Source of the DNA: a virus
DNA: 64,000 nucleotides
IMG/VR virus record: IMGVR_UViG_3300026382_000009
Span: 1 to 64,000 of that record
Direction: 5' to 3' (one strand)
Each line of letters opens with the position of its first letter. Position 1 is the stretch's first letter. The notes beneath the pieces were generated by a model. The model did not search any database. It saw only the letters and a list, made by a program, of their open reading frames with translations, and had not been told where the DNA came from. A program made the translations under genes and the position numbers. Of the stretch, positions 46,523-56,569 are shown one piece after another.

Positions 46523-47287
46523 TCAGTTATGATCTATACTTGGCGCAATTGTTTTATGTAAAACAGCACTTGTTGAAATATCAGGTCCTCCTATATTTGA
46601 TGTTCTAAATCCACCAACAATATTGGCCATATTTCCAGAGACTAGAATATCTAAGTTACCTTTTACTTTCAACGTATAATCTTTTTCTATAACTTGTTTT
46701 AAACTTCCAACACAATGAAAAGTCATATTTCCATCTTTATCAATTTTTATTCTAGTTCCTGAAGAATGTGTTAAATCAATAGAATTTTTTAATAAATTTA
46801 CTTTATAATAATTACCATTAATATCTCTAAATCCATAAGAATATGGATAATCTTCTTTTAAAGAATAATGACTATCTTCTAAATTTTCTGGATTTGTTAC
46901 TACACCTGTAACAATTGGCTCTTTATAAAATATATTTTCACTCCCAGAAACACCTCCGGTAGGCTCTAAGACCTCATTATCAATTTGATATTTAGATATA
47001 TATGCATCTTTTATTTTTTCCTCTGCGATGCTCTCTTGAATTTCTGATGAATTTTTTAATTGTGTCATAGATTCAGAACTTATTTTAGAAACTAAATCAG
47101 TTGTTTTAGATAAACTGTCAGAACTTTGTATAACTGTATCAGATACTTGATTTATTTCATCAGAAATTGTTTCAATATCTTCGTCTGTCCAACCATAATC
47201 ATTTTTTAATGTATTTATTATTTCTTGTTTATAATTATCTAATTCAAAAATACTTCTAACTTCACTGTTAATCCATTCAATATTCAT
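46523..47287 (-). CDS. Baseplate spike gp5 C-terminal beta-helix portion
   Basis: YPYSYG...HSSGTRIKIDKDG...VKGNLDILVSGN...VGG. Confidence 0.75.
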   Translation of the reverse strand: MNIEWINSEVRSIFELDNYKQEIINTLKNDYGWTDEDIETISDEINQVSDTVIQSSDSLSKTTDLVSKISSESMTQLKNSSEIQESIAEEKIKDAYISKYQIDNEVLEPTGGVSGSENIFYKEPIVTGVVTNPENLEDSHYSLKEDYPYSYGFRDINGNYYKVNLLKNSIDLTHSSGTRIKIDKDGNMTFHCVGSLKQVIEKDYTLKVKGNLDILVSGNMANIVGGFRTSNIGGPDISTSAVLHKTIAPSIDHN

Positions 47288-47341
47288 TTATAAACCTTAA
47301 TTTATTCATTAATGATTTAACAATAATCTAATAATATTAAT

Positions 47342-49294
47342 CTAATAACATTTAATATTTTTAGAACTGAAATAAGGAATATTTAAACTTATATCTGTTA
47401 TTTCAAAATTAAATGTTGGAGTAGATAATCCTATATCAAATGGTTTACAATTAGATGTATCTAACATGTTTATAATATTATTTACTGTATTTTCTGCACT
47501 TTCTTTTAAATTTTCAATAACTCTATCAACTTCTTGATGTATTATATCAGATATTTCTTGTTTTTTATTTTCAAAATATTCTTGAAATTTTTTAGATGCT
47601 GTTTCAGCAAATTGTTTAGCTTTATCTTTGTCTAATTTTTGAAAAACAGAACCATATAATGAATTAACCAAATAAGATTGATAACCTTTTATATTGTTTT
47701 CATATGTATTTTCAAATTTTTCTTTCAATTCTTCCTTTATATGTTTTATTTTTTCATTTAAATCATTTAATGAATTACGTTTTCTTTTTAATTTGTCTAT
47801 AAATGTTGTAACAGCGTTTATAGCTTTTTCGACTGTTTTAACAATTGATGCTATAAAACATAAAACAGATTTAATAGAACATATAATAGTATTTATAACT
47901 GCTAAAATAGCTTCAAATGGTGTCACTAATAAATTTAAAAGACTTCCAATAGTTTTTCTTGGATTATTTATAAAAGAAATAACACCTACTATTGTTCCTA
48001 ATCCTATAAGTAAATTTTGTATTTTTTCTTTACTTCCAAATAATAAATTATTTATATTATTTAATTTATTTTTAGCACTTTCAATAAATTTTTTTAAATC
48101 ATTTTTGAAAGCTAAAATAATAGATGAAGTAATAGCACCAAACATAAGGATTTGTTTTTCTTTATTTTGTAGTGCTATTAATTTTGATTGAATTTCATTT
48201 GCATTATTTTTTAATTCATCTGCAATATTTTTCATTTTTCCATACGAACTTGATAAAGTTTTATAACTGTTATTTAATTTACTGTATTGTTCTTGTGTTA
48301 TATCTTTGTTTTTTTCTATTTCTGATTTAATTGAATTAAGTGTGTTAGTTTCTATTTCTAACAATGAATTGAAGTCATCTAATTCTTTAGTTAATTCTTC
48401 AGATTTCAATGTTTTAATATAAATAATAATTCTGTTTGTTTCTTGTTCGTCTAAATATAATAAACTTGATGATAATTCTGTTATATTGTTTACAGATTCT
48501 TGAAAAGAAGTATAATATTTATCTCTATCATATAATGTTGATGAGTATTTTCCAAATTTAGAAAATGTGTTTATAAATAAATTTGAATAAAAATTTATTT
48601 TTTTATCCAATTTTGATAAATCTAATTGACTTTGTAATTTAAGAATTTCTTTTGTATATTCTTTTAATTCATTCGCTAAATTAAGTTTTGTATTTAAAAA
48701 ATTGTAAAAAGTAGTTTTACTGTTAAAATAATTTTGGAGTAAATCTCTGTATTTTTCACTTTCTTTTGTTAGATAATAAAAATTTATTTCTATATTTTTA
48801 TTTTTTAAAAATTCCTCATATAATGTTTTTTCATCACTATCTGGTAAGTTTTTAACATATTCTTTAATCTCTTTTTTGTTTATGTTACATTTGTTATACA
48901 AATCAAAAGGATAATACAAATTTATTTTATCACATTTAAAATTTATTTCAGAATTAATATCTGTAAGTTTATAAAGATTTTCTATTGTATTGTATTTTTG
49001 TAATGCAAGATAATCTGTATAATAATCATAAAAATATTTTAATGATTTTAATGTAAATATAAGTTCTTCATTTGTTGCTTTAGAGATAGCTTGATTTAAT
49101 AATGTATTCAAAAGCTCTTTATCTATCGAATAAGAATTAAAAAAATCATTTATTTCAGGTGTTAAATTATTGATAAGATAATCATTTTCATCTATTATAG
49201 ATGTATTTATAAAATAATCTAATGATTTCAATAATCCAGATAAACTTGTTCCTGTATGATATATATTATTTCCTAAATTATTCAAAATCATCAA
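47342..49294 (-). CDS. Large coiled-coil protein with hydrophobic helices
   Basis: 650 aa; three hydrophobic segments; lies between the two gp5 halves. Confidence 0.6.
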   Translation of the reverse strand: MMILNNLGNNIYHTGTSLSGLLKSLDYFINTSIIDENDYLINNLTPEINDFFNSYSIDKELLNTLLNQAISKATNEELIFTLKSLKYFYDYYTDYLALQKYNTIENLYKLTDINSEINFKCDKINLYYPFDLYNKCNINKKEIKEYVKNLPDSDEKTLYEEFLKNKNIEINFYYLTKESEKYRDLLQNYFNSKTTFYNFLNTKLNLANELKEYTKEILKLQSQLDLSKLDKKINFYSNLFINTFSKFGKYSSTLYDRDKYYTSFQESVNNITELSSSLLYLDEQETNRIIIYIKTLKSEELTKELDDFNSLLEIETNTLNSIKSEIEKNKDITQEQYSKLNNSYKTLSSSYGKMKNIADELKNNANEIQSKLIALQNKEKQILMFGAITSSIILAFKNDLKKFIESAKNKLNNINNLLFGSKEKIQNLLIGLGTIVGVISFINNPRKTIGSLLNLLVTPFEAILAVINTIICSIKSVLCFIASIVKTVEKAINAVTTFIDKLKRKRNSLNDLNEKIKHIKEELKEKFENTYENNIKGYQSYLVNSLYGSVFQKLDKDKAKQFAETASKKFQEYFENKKQEISDIIHQEVDRVIENLKESAENTVNNIINMLDTSNCKPFDIGLSTPTFNFEITDISLNIPYFSSKNIKCY

Positions 49295-49627
49295 TTATCC
49301 TTTTAATTCTGGAGGAGTGTTAGGTAATTGAAACGAAACAATTCCATTATAAATATCTCTGTAAGGAAATTCTACAAAAACTTTTGTTCCAATTCTTGGT
49401 ATTCGTCCTTGTTGATTATATGTGTCTGATGGTATTTGCTTAACAACATACCAAGGTAATAACTCTTTAGAAATTTTGTCTGTTAATCCTGGTATTGAAA
49501 CTTTAACTCTGAATAAAGGATAACCTGTGTTTTTGTAACCTTTATCAGTAACATCAACAACTGTTCCAACATAATAATTGTCAAGTATATGTTCATTAAA
49601 AAGTTTTTCTTTTAATTTTACATTCAT
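49295..49627 (-). CDS. gp5 N-terminal OB-fold portion
   Basis: YVGTVVDV.D...RVKVSIPGL...LPW...IPRIGTKVFVEF. Confidence 0.8.
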   Translation of the reverse strand: MNVKLKEKLFNEHILDNYYVGTVVDVTDKGYKNTGYPLFRVKVSIPGLTDKISKELLPWYVVKQIPSDTYNQQGRIPRIGTKVFVEFPYRDIYNGIVSFQLPNTPPELKG

Positions 49628-50661
49628 AATAAATAATCCCTTGCTAATCTCAATGTAGTTTGAACATTTTTATTGGTTATATTCAAATCTTTCTGTAAAA
49701 TTATATAATTACCATTCAATGATAAATTATCATTATTTTCATTTTTTATAAAAACACCGTCACAAATATTACATATTTCATCTGATATATAATAATTATG
49801 TTTAGTAATGATATTTAACCTTTGTATATCAATCCATGTAGAAATATTTTTAGAAAATGTTGCATAATAATCTTCATAACAATTTCCACAGTTTATAATA
49901 GGAGAAAAATTTTTATTATCTGTGTCTACTACTAAAGAACTTTTTCCTTTTGTGTTATAAAAAACATATCCTTGATGTAAAATGTCTATTACAGGTAGTT
50001 GTTTTCCATCAGAAAAGAAAAAAGCATTAGCATTATCACTTTCTATTTGATATTGATCTATTTTTAAACTTTTTTCATCAGCTAATGAAAAAATAGCTCT
50101 TGTTTGTTTTAATGCATTTTTCACATCATCTACAACTAAAGAATTTGATAATGTAAATCCATAAATAGGACTTGATAATGTTTTCATATATGGTATACTT
50201 TCATCAATAAATTGTTTTTCTGTGCAATACTGTATCCAAACTTGATAATCTTGACTTTCTGTTCTTATGTCAGGTCTGGCAAATTTTATTTGTTTAAGAA
50301 ATTCTGATAATGTTGTTTTTTCAGCCCTTTGATAAGTTTTATGCATTAAATCCCATAAATCTGTTAATCCAGAAATTCTTATAGTAAATTCTTGATTTCC
50401 AATTGCTTGAATAGTATAATTTACAAGAATTAATTGATGTTTTGACAAATTATCAGGACTATATCCTAAAAACAATTTAATTTTATCATAAGCTTTTAAT
50501 TTATGAATAAAATCTATATTTGTAGTTTTTATTGATAATTCAAAATATGGTATTGTTCCAAAAGCTTTTTGAGTGACAACAAAAAAATTAAACATTGAAA
50601 TGTTATTTATTTTAATTCCATTTATTTCAAAATAAAAATAAAGATTTTGAATTTGAATCAC
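49624..50661 (-). CDS. Baseplate hub (gp27-like)
   Basis: Position between gp53 and gp5; C-terminal LNGNYII...TTLRLARD. Confidence 0.6.
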   Translation of the reverse strand: MIQIQNLYFYFEINGIKINNISMFNFFVVTQKAFGTIPYFELSIKTTNIDFIHKLKAYDKIKLFLGYSPDNLSKHQLILVNYTIQAIGNQEFTIRISGLTDLWDLMHKTYQRAEKTTLSEFLKQIKFARPDIRTESQDYQVWIQYCTEKQFIDESIPYMKTLSSPIYGFTLSNSLVVDDVKNALKQTRAIFSLADEKSLKIDQYQIESDNANAFFFSDGKQLPVIDILHQGYVFYNTKGKSSLVVDTDNKNFSPIINCGNCYEDYYATFSKNISTWIDIQRLNIITKHNYYISDEICNICDGVFIKNENNDNLSLNGNYIILQKDLNITNKNVQTTLRLARDYLL

Positions 50662-50945
50662 TGTTTATACTCCGTAATTAAAGTTATCAATTCCATTTTG
50701 TCTGGTATCTCTATAATATCTTTTTGTATATTAAAAGGATTAAGAATCTTGTTGTAAATAGCTATAACCCACCATAATGACTCATCACCATATTCATTAA
50801 ACGCTATCTCATCTAAATGTTCTCCTGCATAAGGAATAGATTTTTGTATATTTAATTCTCTTAATTGTTTTACAAATGGACTATCTAATTCATCATAAAT
50901 TTTAGCTGCATTATTGTATTTTAAATAATCTTCCATTAAAACCAT
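50658..50945 (-). CDS. Baseplate wedge LysM-like protein (gp53-like)
   Basis: LDEIAFNEYGDESLWWVIAIYNKILNPF. Confidence 0.85.
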   Translation of the reverse strand: MVLMEDYLKYNNAAKIYDELDSPFVKQLRELNIQKSIPYAGEHLDEIAFNEYGDESLWWVIAIYNKILNPFNIQKDIIEIPDKMELITLITEYKQ

Positions 50946-50946
50946 T

Positions 50947-51654
50947 TTATACCTTTATCATTTTTGCAACATCATCAGCTGTTAATACTCTATAAGATTC
51001 AAATGAACATGTCCATTTTATATAAAGCGGTTTTCCTTCCATATCTATAATAGTACTTATTTCAGGTGTAGAACTTGTAAGATATAATCCACATGTTTTA
51101 AACCAATCACCTATAGTAACACAAATTAAACTTTTATCAAAAATTCTAAAGTTAGGTGTTTTAGATAATGGATTTATCAGTTCTTTTGCAATAGAAGGAT
51201 CATACAAATGAGAAAACATTAAATTACCATTTGTTCTTATATCAGGTTGTGTTAATAAGGCAATTTGTCTCAAAATTTCAGTTACTTTTTTCGGATTGCC
51301 AAATTTACCTATATAAATATTCATAGATAAAGAAAAACTCAATCTATTTGAACTTTCATAAGTATTTATAGTTGAGTTAATTGAGTGGAATTGATCAACA
51401 ATTCCACTACTTATGTTTCCAAACATTTTTGTGAGTCCTGCTTTAAAAACTCCTTTTATACCACCTTCAAGTCCTTGTGTCGCTAAACTTGAAGAATAAT
51501 TTGCTCCCATAGGTAAAGAGATACTTTCTGCGTCAATTACTCCTGCTAATCTAACTTTCGCATGTTCACACGTGACAGTAATTATATAATCTTTAATTTC
51601 TTCTTCATTTAATAAATTTGTATAACTTTGTGTTAATGATTGTGACATTGTCAT
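50947..51654 (-). CDS. Baseplate tail tube initiator/cap (gp48/54-like)
   Basis: CVTIGDWF...GLYLTS...GKPLY...CSFE; synteny. Confidence 0.55.
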   Translation of the reverse strand: MTMSQSLTQSYTNLLNEEEIKDYIITVTCEHAKVRLAGVIDAESISLPMGANYSSSLATQGLEGGIKGVFKAGLTKMFGNISSGIVDQFHSINSTINTYESSNRLSFSLSMNIYIGKFGNPKKVTEILRQIALLTQPDIRTNGNLMFSHLYDPSIAKELINPLSKTPNFRIFDKSLICVTIGDWFKTCGLYLTSSTPEISTIIDMEGKPLYIKWTCSFESYRVLTADDVAKMIKV

Positions 51655-51656
51655 TT

Positions 51657-54359
51657 TTAATTCCTATTTGCTAAAAATTCATTTGATTTATCTACAAATC
51701 TAACAGGTTCTGAGTTTTGATTGTAATAATTTTGAACAACGATTGATTGTTGAGATTGAGTATTTTTTTCATTACTTGTATTTTTATTTGTATCAATATT
51801 TACACTAAATGTTGCTTTTGATTGATTAGATTGTTTTTTAGCTAAATAAGTTTTAACAGTTTTAGCATCTAAATTTGATGCGGCAATTAAATTAGGTAAA
51901 TCTCTTATACCTTGATTATAATAATTATCTAATATAACTTGTGCTTTTGAGTCAATACTTGTTTGACTATTAGATTGTTTTTTAAGTTTTTCTTTATATA
52001 ATTCTTGTAATTTTTCTAATGTATCTTTATCCCAATCATTAAAATCTATAAGTTGTTTAATTTGTTTTGGAGATAATTGATCAATTTTTTTCCAATCTAC
52101 AATTTCAGAATCACCAAAAACATTATGAACTAATACACTTTCATCTTCAAGTTTTTGAATTAATTTATATTTATCGTCTCCAAACAAATATTGAAATGAT
52201 TTTGTTGTATTAGCAATAGGACTTAAATTAGCCATTTGTTTTATTGCTAATTTATAAACATCTTTTACAGATTTTGGTTTTTTCTTTTTATTCCATTTTT
52301 CTAATTTTTTGTCTTCTACAATTAAATTATTTACTTTGTTATTATTTTCTTTAAATGCTTGTTTTTCTAACAAATTTTTGGATTTATCATCTAAAATACT
52401 AATTATTAATTTAAAATCTTGTTCAGAAATTGAATCTGATTGACTCAATAACAATTTAATACCTTCTTTGGTTAAATACAATTTTCCATTTTTTATTTCG
52501 CCTTCACCTCTATGTAAAATATTTGCTATTATATATCTAGTATCTTCTGAAACTTTAGCAAATGTTTTTATTAAATTTTCATCTTCTTTTGACCAATCAT
52601 CAAAATGTATTAACGTCTTAAATTGACTATCTTTTAACATAAGAAGTCTAGACCAGTCTTTAATTTCAGTATCACCAATATAATGATGTTCAAGAACTCC
52701 TTGTTCTTCTAATGCGTCAATAAGTTCTCTATCTTTTCCGTATTTCCATTTATAAACACCATAACCAATAGCACCTACTGCGCCAATAGCCAAAATTCCC
52801 CATCCAACTGGATTTGTAAGCAAAAAACTACCGGCAGATGATAAAACAGTTCCAGTTGCTGATAAAGCTCCAGTTGTGGCACTTGCTATTGATGGCATCA
52901 AAGCACCTGCACCTCTTGCAAGTAATCCAGTTCCACCTCTCATCATACCCATTAATGGTCTAGAAACAATATTTAAAAGTTTAGAAAAAAATCCTTTTCC
53001 ACCTTTTAAAAGAATTCCACCTAATTTATCAATTTTAAGTTTTTTAATTATTTTTTCTATAATTTTTTCAGCTAATGTTCCTTCACCAAATACAGAATCT
53101 AATAATTTAGAAGTAACGTTAAAAGAAGCTTCTTCTATTGAGCTTGCTTCTGTTACACTTTTTAAAATGCTTGGATTATCTTTTACTTGTAAAGCATTAG
53201 TTAATTCTGCTATTTGTTTAGTGCTATCTTCTAATAATTCAAAACGTCTTTCTTCTAATATTTTTTGTTTGTTTGTTAATTTACCATTTTCTATTAATTC
53301 TTCTGTTTTAATAAGTTGTTCTTTTAATAATACTTCGATTTCTGGATTTTTTGTTAACAAACTAATTTTTTTATAAAATGTTTCTTTATCAATAGATTTA
53401 TTTTCATATTGATTTAATAATTGTTGTATATATTCTATTTCAGTTTTTGATAATTCATGATCTTTATTCAAAGTTTCTGTAATAGTATCAAATAATAATG
53501 TTTGTTTCTCAAATTTTTTGTTGATTTCTTGATCTAAATTTCTAATTTCTTCTTGTATTTTTTTATTATTTTTAAATTCTTCATATATTTTTCCTAAATA
53601 ATCTTCTATTGTCAAAGTTCCATCTAAAAGTTGTTTATATTCTTTTGTATTTTCTAATTTGTTTTCACGAGTAAAATTTTCTATTAATTCTAATATTCTA
53701 TCGTATTGTCTAGATAACACAGAATTTTCAAGTTGTTTATCTAATAGTGTTGTTATTTTATCATTATCTTCTATTTCAAATATATTTTCACCTTTTTCAG
53801 TTTTAGCTGATTCTAGGATTTTTTTGAGTTGTTTTATTTCTGAAATAATTTCTGGTGTTAAAACTCCTTGTTCTTTGAAATCAGAAATAATTTGTTTGAG
53901 TTTTGTATTGTATTTTTCTTTTTCAAACAAAGATATTTTAGTCGTGCTATCAATACTATTTTTCAAAGATGATAATACTTTTACAATAGCTTTTGTATCT
54001 TCTTTATAAGTGTTTAATAAAGGTTTGAGAATTTCAAAGTCTTTAACATTTGAAATATTTTTAACTATGTTATTAAAAAGTTTTTTGTAATCAGAAGGTA
54101 AATATTTTTCTTCTTTTATTTGTTTAGAAATTTCTTTTAATTCTTTTTGAACAGTTTCTATTTTTAGTATTTCTTTTTCTATGTTTTTAGAACTTATTTT
54201 TCCTTCTTTATAAAGAGCTTCTATAGCATTTTTATCATTTTGTATTTTTAACAAATAATTTTTAAATTGATTGATATTAGAAAAAGAATCATTTTTGACT
54301 ATACTCAGTAAATCTTCTACTTTTAAAGGTGTTTTTTCTAGAAATTCTATTGTATTCAC
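51657..54359 (-). CDS. Tape measure protein
   Basis: 900 aa helical, G/A-rich TM-like LLTNPVGWGILAIGAV, low-complexity C-terminus; follows chaperone. Confidence 0.75.
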   Translation of the reverse strand: MNTIEFLEKTPLKVEDLLSIVKNDSFSNINQFKNYLLKIQNDKNAIEALYKEGKISSKNIEKEILKIETVQKELKEISKQIKEEKYLPSDYKKLFNNIVKNISNVKDFEILKPLLNTYKEDTKAIVKVLSSLKNSIDSTTKISLFEKEKYNTKLKQIISDFKEQGVLTPEIISEIKQLKKILESAKTEKGENIFEIEDNDKITTLLDKQLENSVLSRQYDRILELIENFTRENKLENTKEYKQLLDGTLTIEDYLGKIYEEFKNNKKIQEEIRNLDQEINKKFEKQTLLFDTITETLNKDHELSKTEIEYIQQLLNQYENKSIDKETFYKKISLLTKNPEIEVLLKEQLIKTEELIENGKLTNKQKILEERRFELLEDSTKQIAELTNALQVKDNPSILKSVTEASSIEEASFNVTSKLLDSVFGEGTLAEKIIEKIIKKLKIDKLGGILLKGGKGFFSKLLNIVSRPLMGMMRGGTGLLARGAGALMPSIASATTGALSATGTVLSSAGSFLLTNPVGWGILAIGAVGAIGYGVYKWKYGKDRELIDALEEQGVLEHHYIGDTEIKDWSRLLMLKDSQFKTLIHFDDWSKEDENLIKTFAKVSEDTRYIIANILHRGEGEIKNGKLYLTKEGIKLLLSQSDSISEQDFKLIISILDDKSKNLLEKQAFKENNNKVNNLIVEDKKLEKWNKKKKPKSVKDVYKLAIKQMANLSPIANTTKSFQYLFGDDKYKLIQKLEDESVLVHNVFGDSEIVDWKKIDQLSPKQIKQLIDFNDWDKDTLEKLQELYKEKLKKQSNSQTSIDSKAQVILDNYYNQGIRDLPNLIAASNLDAKTVKTYLAKKQSNQSKATFSVNIDTNKNTSNEKNTQSQQSIVVQNYYNQNSEPVRFVDKSNEFLANRN

Positions 54360-54493
54360 GAATTAACCTTTTTAAGATGTAACTTTAATAAATCATAAAA
54401 CTCTTTGTATTGTAAATTTTTATCTGGATAACAATGAAATTCTTTTAACCACATATATTTCATTTCTAAAAATTCTTTATAAACAAATTTAGG
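54356..54493 (-). CDS. Unannotated +1 frame extension of tail chaperone (gp51/GT-like)
   Basis: Open from CCT at 54493 to TGA overlapping the tape measure GTG; PKFVYKEFLEMKYMWLKEFHCYPDKNLQYKEFYDLLKLHLKKVNS. Confidence 0.65.
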   Translation of the reverse strand, partial: PKFVYKEFLEMKYMWLKEFHCYPDKNLQYKEFYDLLKLHLKKVNS

Positions 54494-55397
54494 GATAAAC
54501 CTTAATATCCAATAAACCTACATAAACTTTATTTTGATGACTACATTTTGGACAAATTTTAATAATAGGCTTATTATCTATTACAAGTTTTTCTTCCCAT
54601 TCTACTAGTTTTTTGGAAAGACTTAATGGTGAATATAAAACAAAATTCATTTTTTCTTCTAAAGATTTATCCAAATTTTTAATTAATGCTGATAAATACA
54701 AAGCTCTTATTTGAGGATCTGATAAATTTTTTGATTCTTTAAATTTTTCAATTTCTATAATATCTTTTACTGTTAAAGGTCCTAGTTTTAATTTTTGTCC
54801 TTTAAATTCTATTTCTTCAAAATCTTTAACAATTGGTTCAGTAAATTCAAAATCAAATAAAGTTATAGGTGATTGTATTTTTGTTCCGCATTTAACATAT
54901 GGTTCTTCATTTTTATATTGTTTTTCAAGTTCAGCTATTTCTTCTGCTAATTTATCTAACTCTTCTTTATTTTTTATATCTTTTAATTGTTTTTTCTTTT
55001 CTTCAATTTTAAATAAAATTTCTTCTCTTTTTATATTAGGAACAATATTTTGACATTCAATATTAGTATATCCACCTGCAAAATCATTTATTGTTAAAGT
55101 TGATGAAAACATACATAAAGTTAAAAAATCTATTATTTCTAAATCTTCTATACTTCCATTTTCTATCAATATAACATCTTTGTAAATTCTAACCAATTCT
55201 TCTAAATTTTTATCTATATCTTTTGTTTCATCAATGTATTTAGATAGTGCTTCTGATTCTAATAAATTAAGTCCTCTAACATAAACTTCTTTAAATGGAT
55301 AAAATCTAAAATAAGTTGGTAGTTCAGTAATTTTTGTATATTCCAAAGGAATTCCATTTATTTCTTTTGTAATAGTTTGTAATTCTTTTTTCATCAA
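54489..55397 (-). CDS. Baseplate hub/tail assembly chaperone (gp26-like)
   Basis: ELPT..RFYP...VYVRGL, LEIIDF, PLTVKD, CPKC; ends in CCC TAA. Confidence 0.7.
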   Translation of the reverse strand: MMKKELQTITKEINGIPLEYTKITELPTYFRFYPFKEVYVRGLNLLESEALSKYIDETKDIDKNLEELVRIYKDVILIENGSIEDLEIIDFLTLCMFSSTLTINDFAGGYTNIECQNIVPNIKREEILFKIEEKKKQLKDIKNKEELDKLAEEIAELEKQYKNEEPYVKCGTKIQSPITLFDFEFTEPIVKDFEEIEFKGQKLKLGPLTVKDIIEIEKFKESKNLSDPQIRALYLSALIKNLDKSLEEKMNFVLYSPLSLSKKLVEWEEKLVIDNKPIIKICPKCSHQNKVYVGLLDIKVYP

Positions 55398-55420
55398 TTT
55401 TCCTTTTTATTTGTTTACAT

Positions 55421-55933
55421 TTATTCTTTTTCTGAATAGCCTAAAACTACAAAATCAATAGGCAAATTATTTAAGCTTGCAGAACTATCACCTCTTTTAG
55501 TTATATTTGAATTTGGCAATATTGTTACATAAATTGTTTTGAAATGTTCACCAAATTTATCAAAATGTTCTATTACTAAATCAAATCCATATTCATTTAA
55601 TTTATTTAAAGGTATAACTCTTTTATTTTTAAAAATTTTTTGCATATATTCTTTAAAAAAATTTAAAAATTCTTCCTGGTGTGTTTCATAAACAGTTAAT
55701 GATAATTTATTTGGCTTTATAAAACTGTAAGGTATTTGTAAGTCTGAGAGAGGTAAACCTAAATTAACTGTAGTAGTTTTAATTTCATAATCAAAACTAT
55801 AATCTTGTATAGGAGCATAATCACCTAATAAATTTAACTTGTTAGCACCATTTTTAGTTCCAAAATACATTACCCACTGACTTGTATGACCTGGTTCAAA
55901 TGTTGATTTTTTGCGTAAATCTAAATATTTCAA
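55421..55933 (-). CDS. Tail tube-like protein (gp54-like)
   Basis: TTG start; LSLTVYET; directly after the tube gene. Confidence 0.55.
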   Translation of the reverse strand: MKYLDLRKKSTFEPGHTSQWVMYFGTKNGANKLNLLGDYAPIQDYSFDYEIKTTTVNLGLPLSDLQIPYSFIKPNKLSLTVYETHQEEFLNFFKEYMQKIFKNKRVIPLNKLNEYGFDLVIEHFDKFGEHFKTIYVTILPNSNITKRGDSSASLNNLPIDFVVLGYSEKE

Positions 55934-55984
55934 TTTCTTCTCCTGTTAAATTATTTCTTTACAATAATCTAACGGGAGAAGAAA
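55934..55984 (-). promoter_or_regulatory. RBS-sequestering 22-bp hairpin
   Basis: Arms 55934-55955 and 55963-55984; 3' arm contains AGGAG immediately before the TTG start. Confidence 0.7.
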
Positions 55985-55986
55985 AA

Positions 55987-56532
55987 CTAAAGTTCTTCTC
56001 CTCCTTTTTTCTTCCATGTAAAATTGTCATAACTTAATGTAATTGTTGGTTGAAGAGCAGCACTATCTTGTCCTAAAGAACCGCCAGCACCAATTTGTCC
56101 TGGTAATACACCATACAATGTATATGTTCTTGTTACTTCATTATTAGCATCTAATAAATCCATTTCTACTTTTATTTTACATTTTTCAGTGCCTACTGAA
56201 TTACCTTCTAAAGCACTGAAATATTTTGATTTCCAATAATAAAGTGCTTCTTGATCTTTTGCATCTGCTCCACCAACAATTGTTAATGTAATTTCACCAT
56301 TTCTATTTTCTTTACCAACATAATTTATTGTTTGACCCTGTAATTGAACTTGAATATGTTCAGTGCTTCCTTGAGGTAAATCTAATGACTGACATCTGAT
56401 TTCTACATCTTCATCAAATTTTGCTTTGATATCAGGATCAGTATTTGTATCTTCTAAAAATCTAACAACCCATCTAAAGGTTGTTTGGACTTCTGATAAA
56501 GCTCCTCTAACTTTCTTATAATCGAACTTCAT
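55987..56532 (-). CDS. Tail tube protein (gp19-like)
   Basis: RCQSLDLP, YVGK, YTLYGVLP, ITLSYDNF; follows sheath. Confidence 0.85.
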   Translation of the reverse strand: MKFDYKKVRGALSEVQTTFRWVVRFLEDTNTDPDIKAKFDEDVEIRCQSLDLPQGSTEHIQVQLQGQTINYVGKENRNGEITLTIVGGADAKDQEALYYWKSKYFSALEGNSVGTEKCKIKVEMDLLDANNEVTRTYTLYGVLPGQIGAGGSLGQDSAALQPTITLSYDNFTWKKKGGEEL

Positions 56533-56569
56533 TTTTATCCTTTATAGTTTTTTATAATCCCAAAAGGGA

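Noticed and set aside
47321-47331. TTAGATTATT motif shared with 124-133 and 55963-55972 as a regulatory site
   Set aside because: Only three AT-rich occurrences, and one is already explained as a hairpin arm
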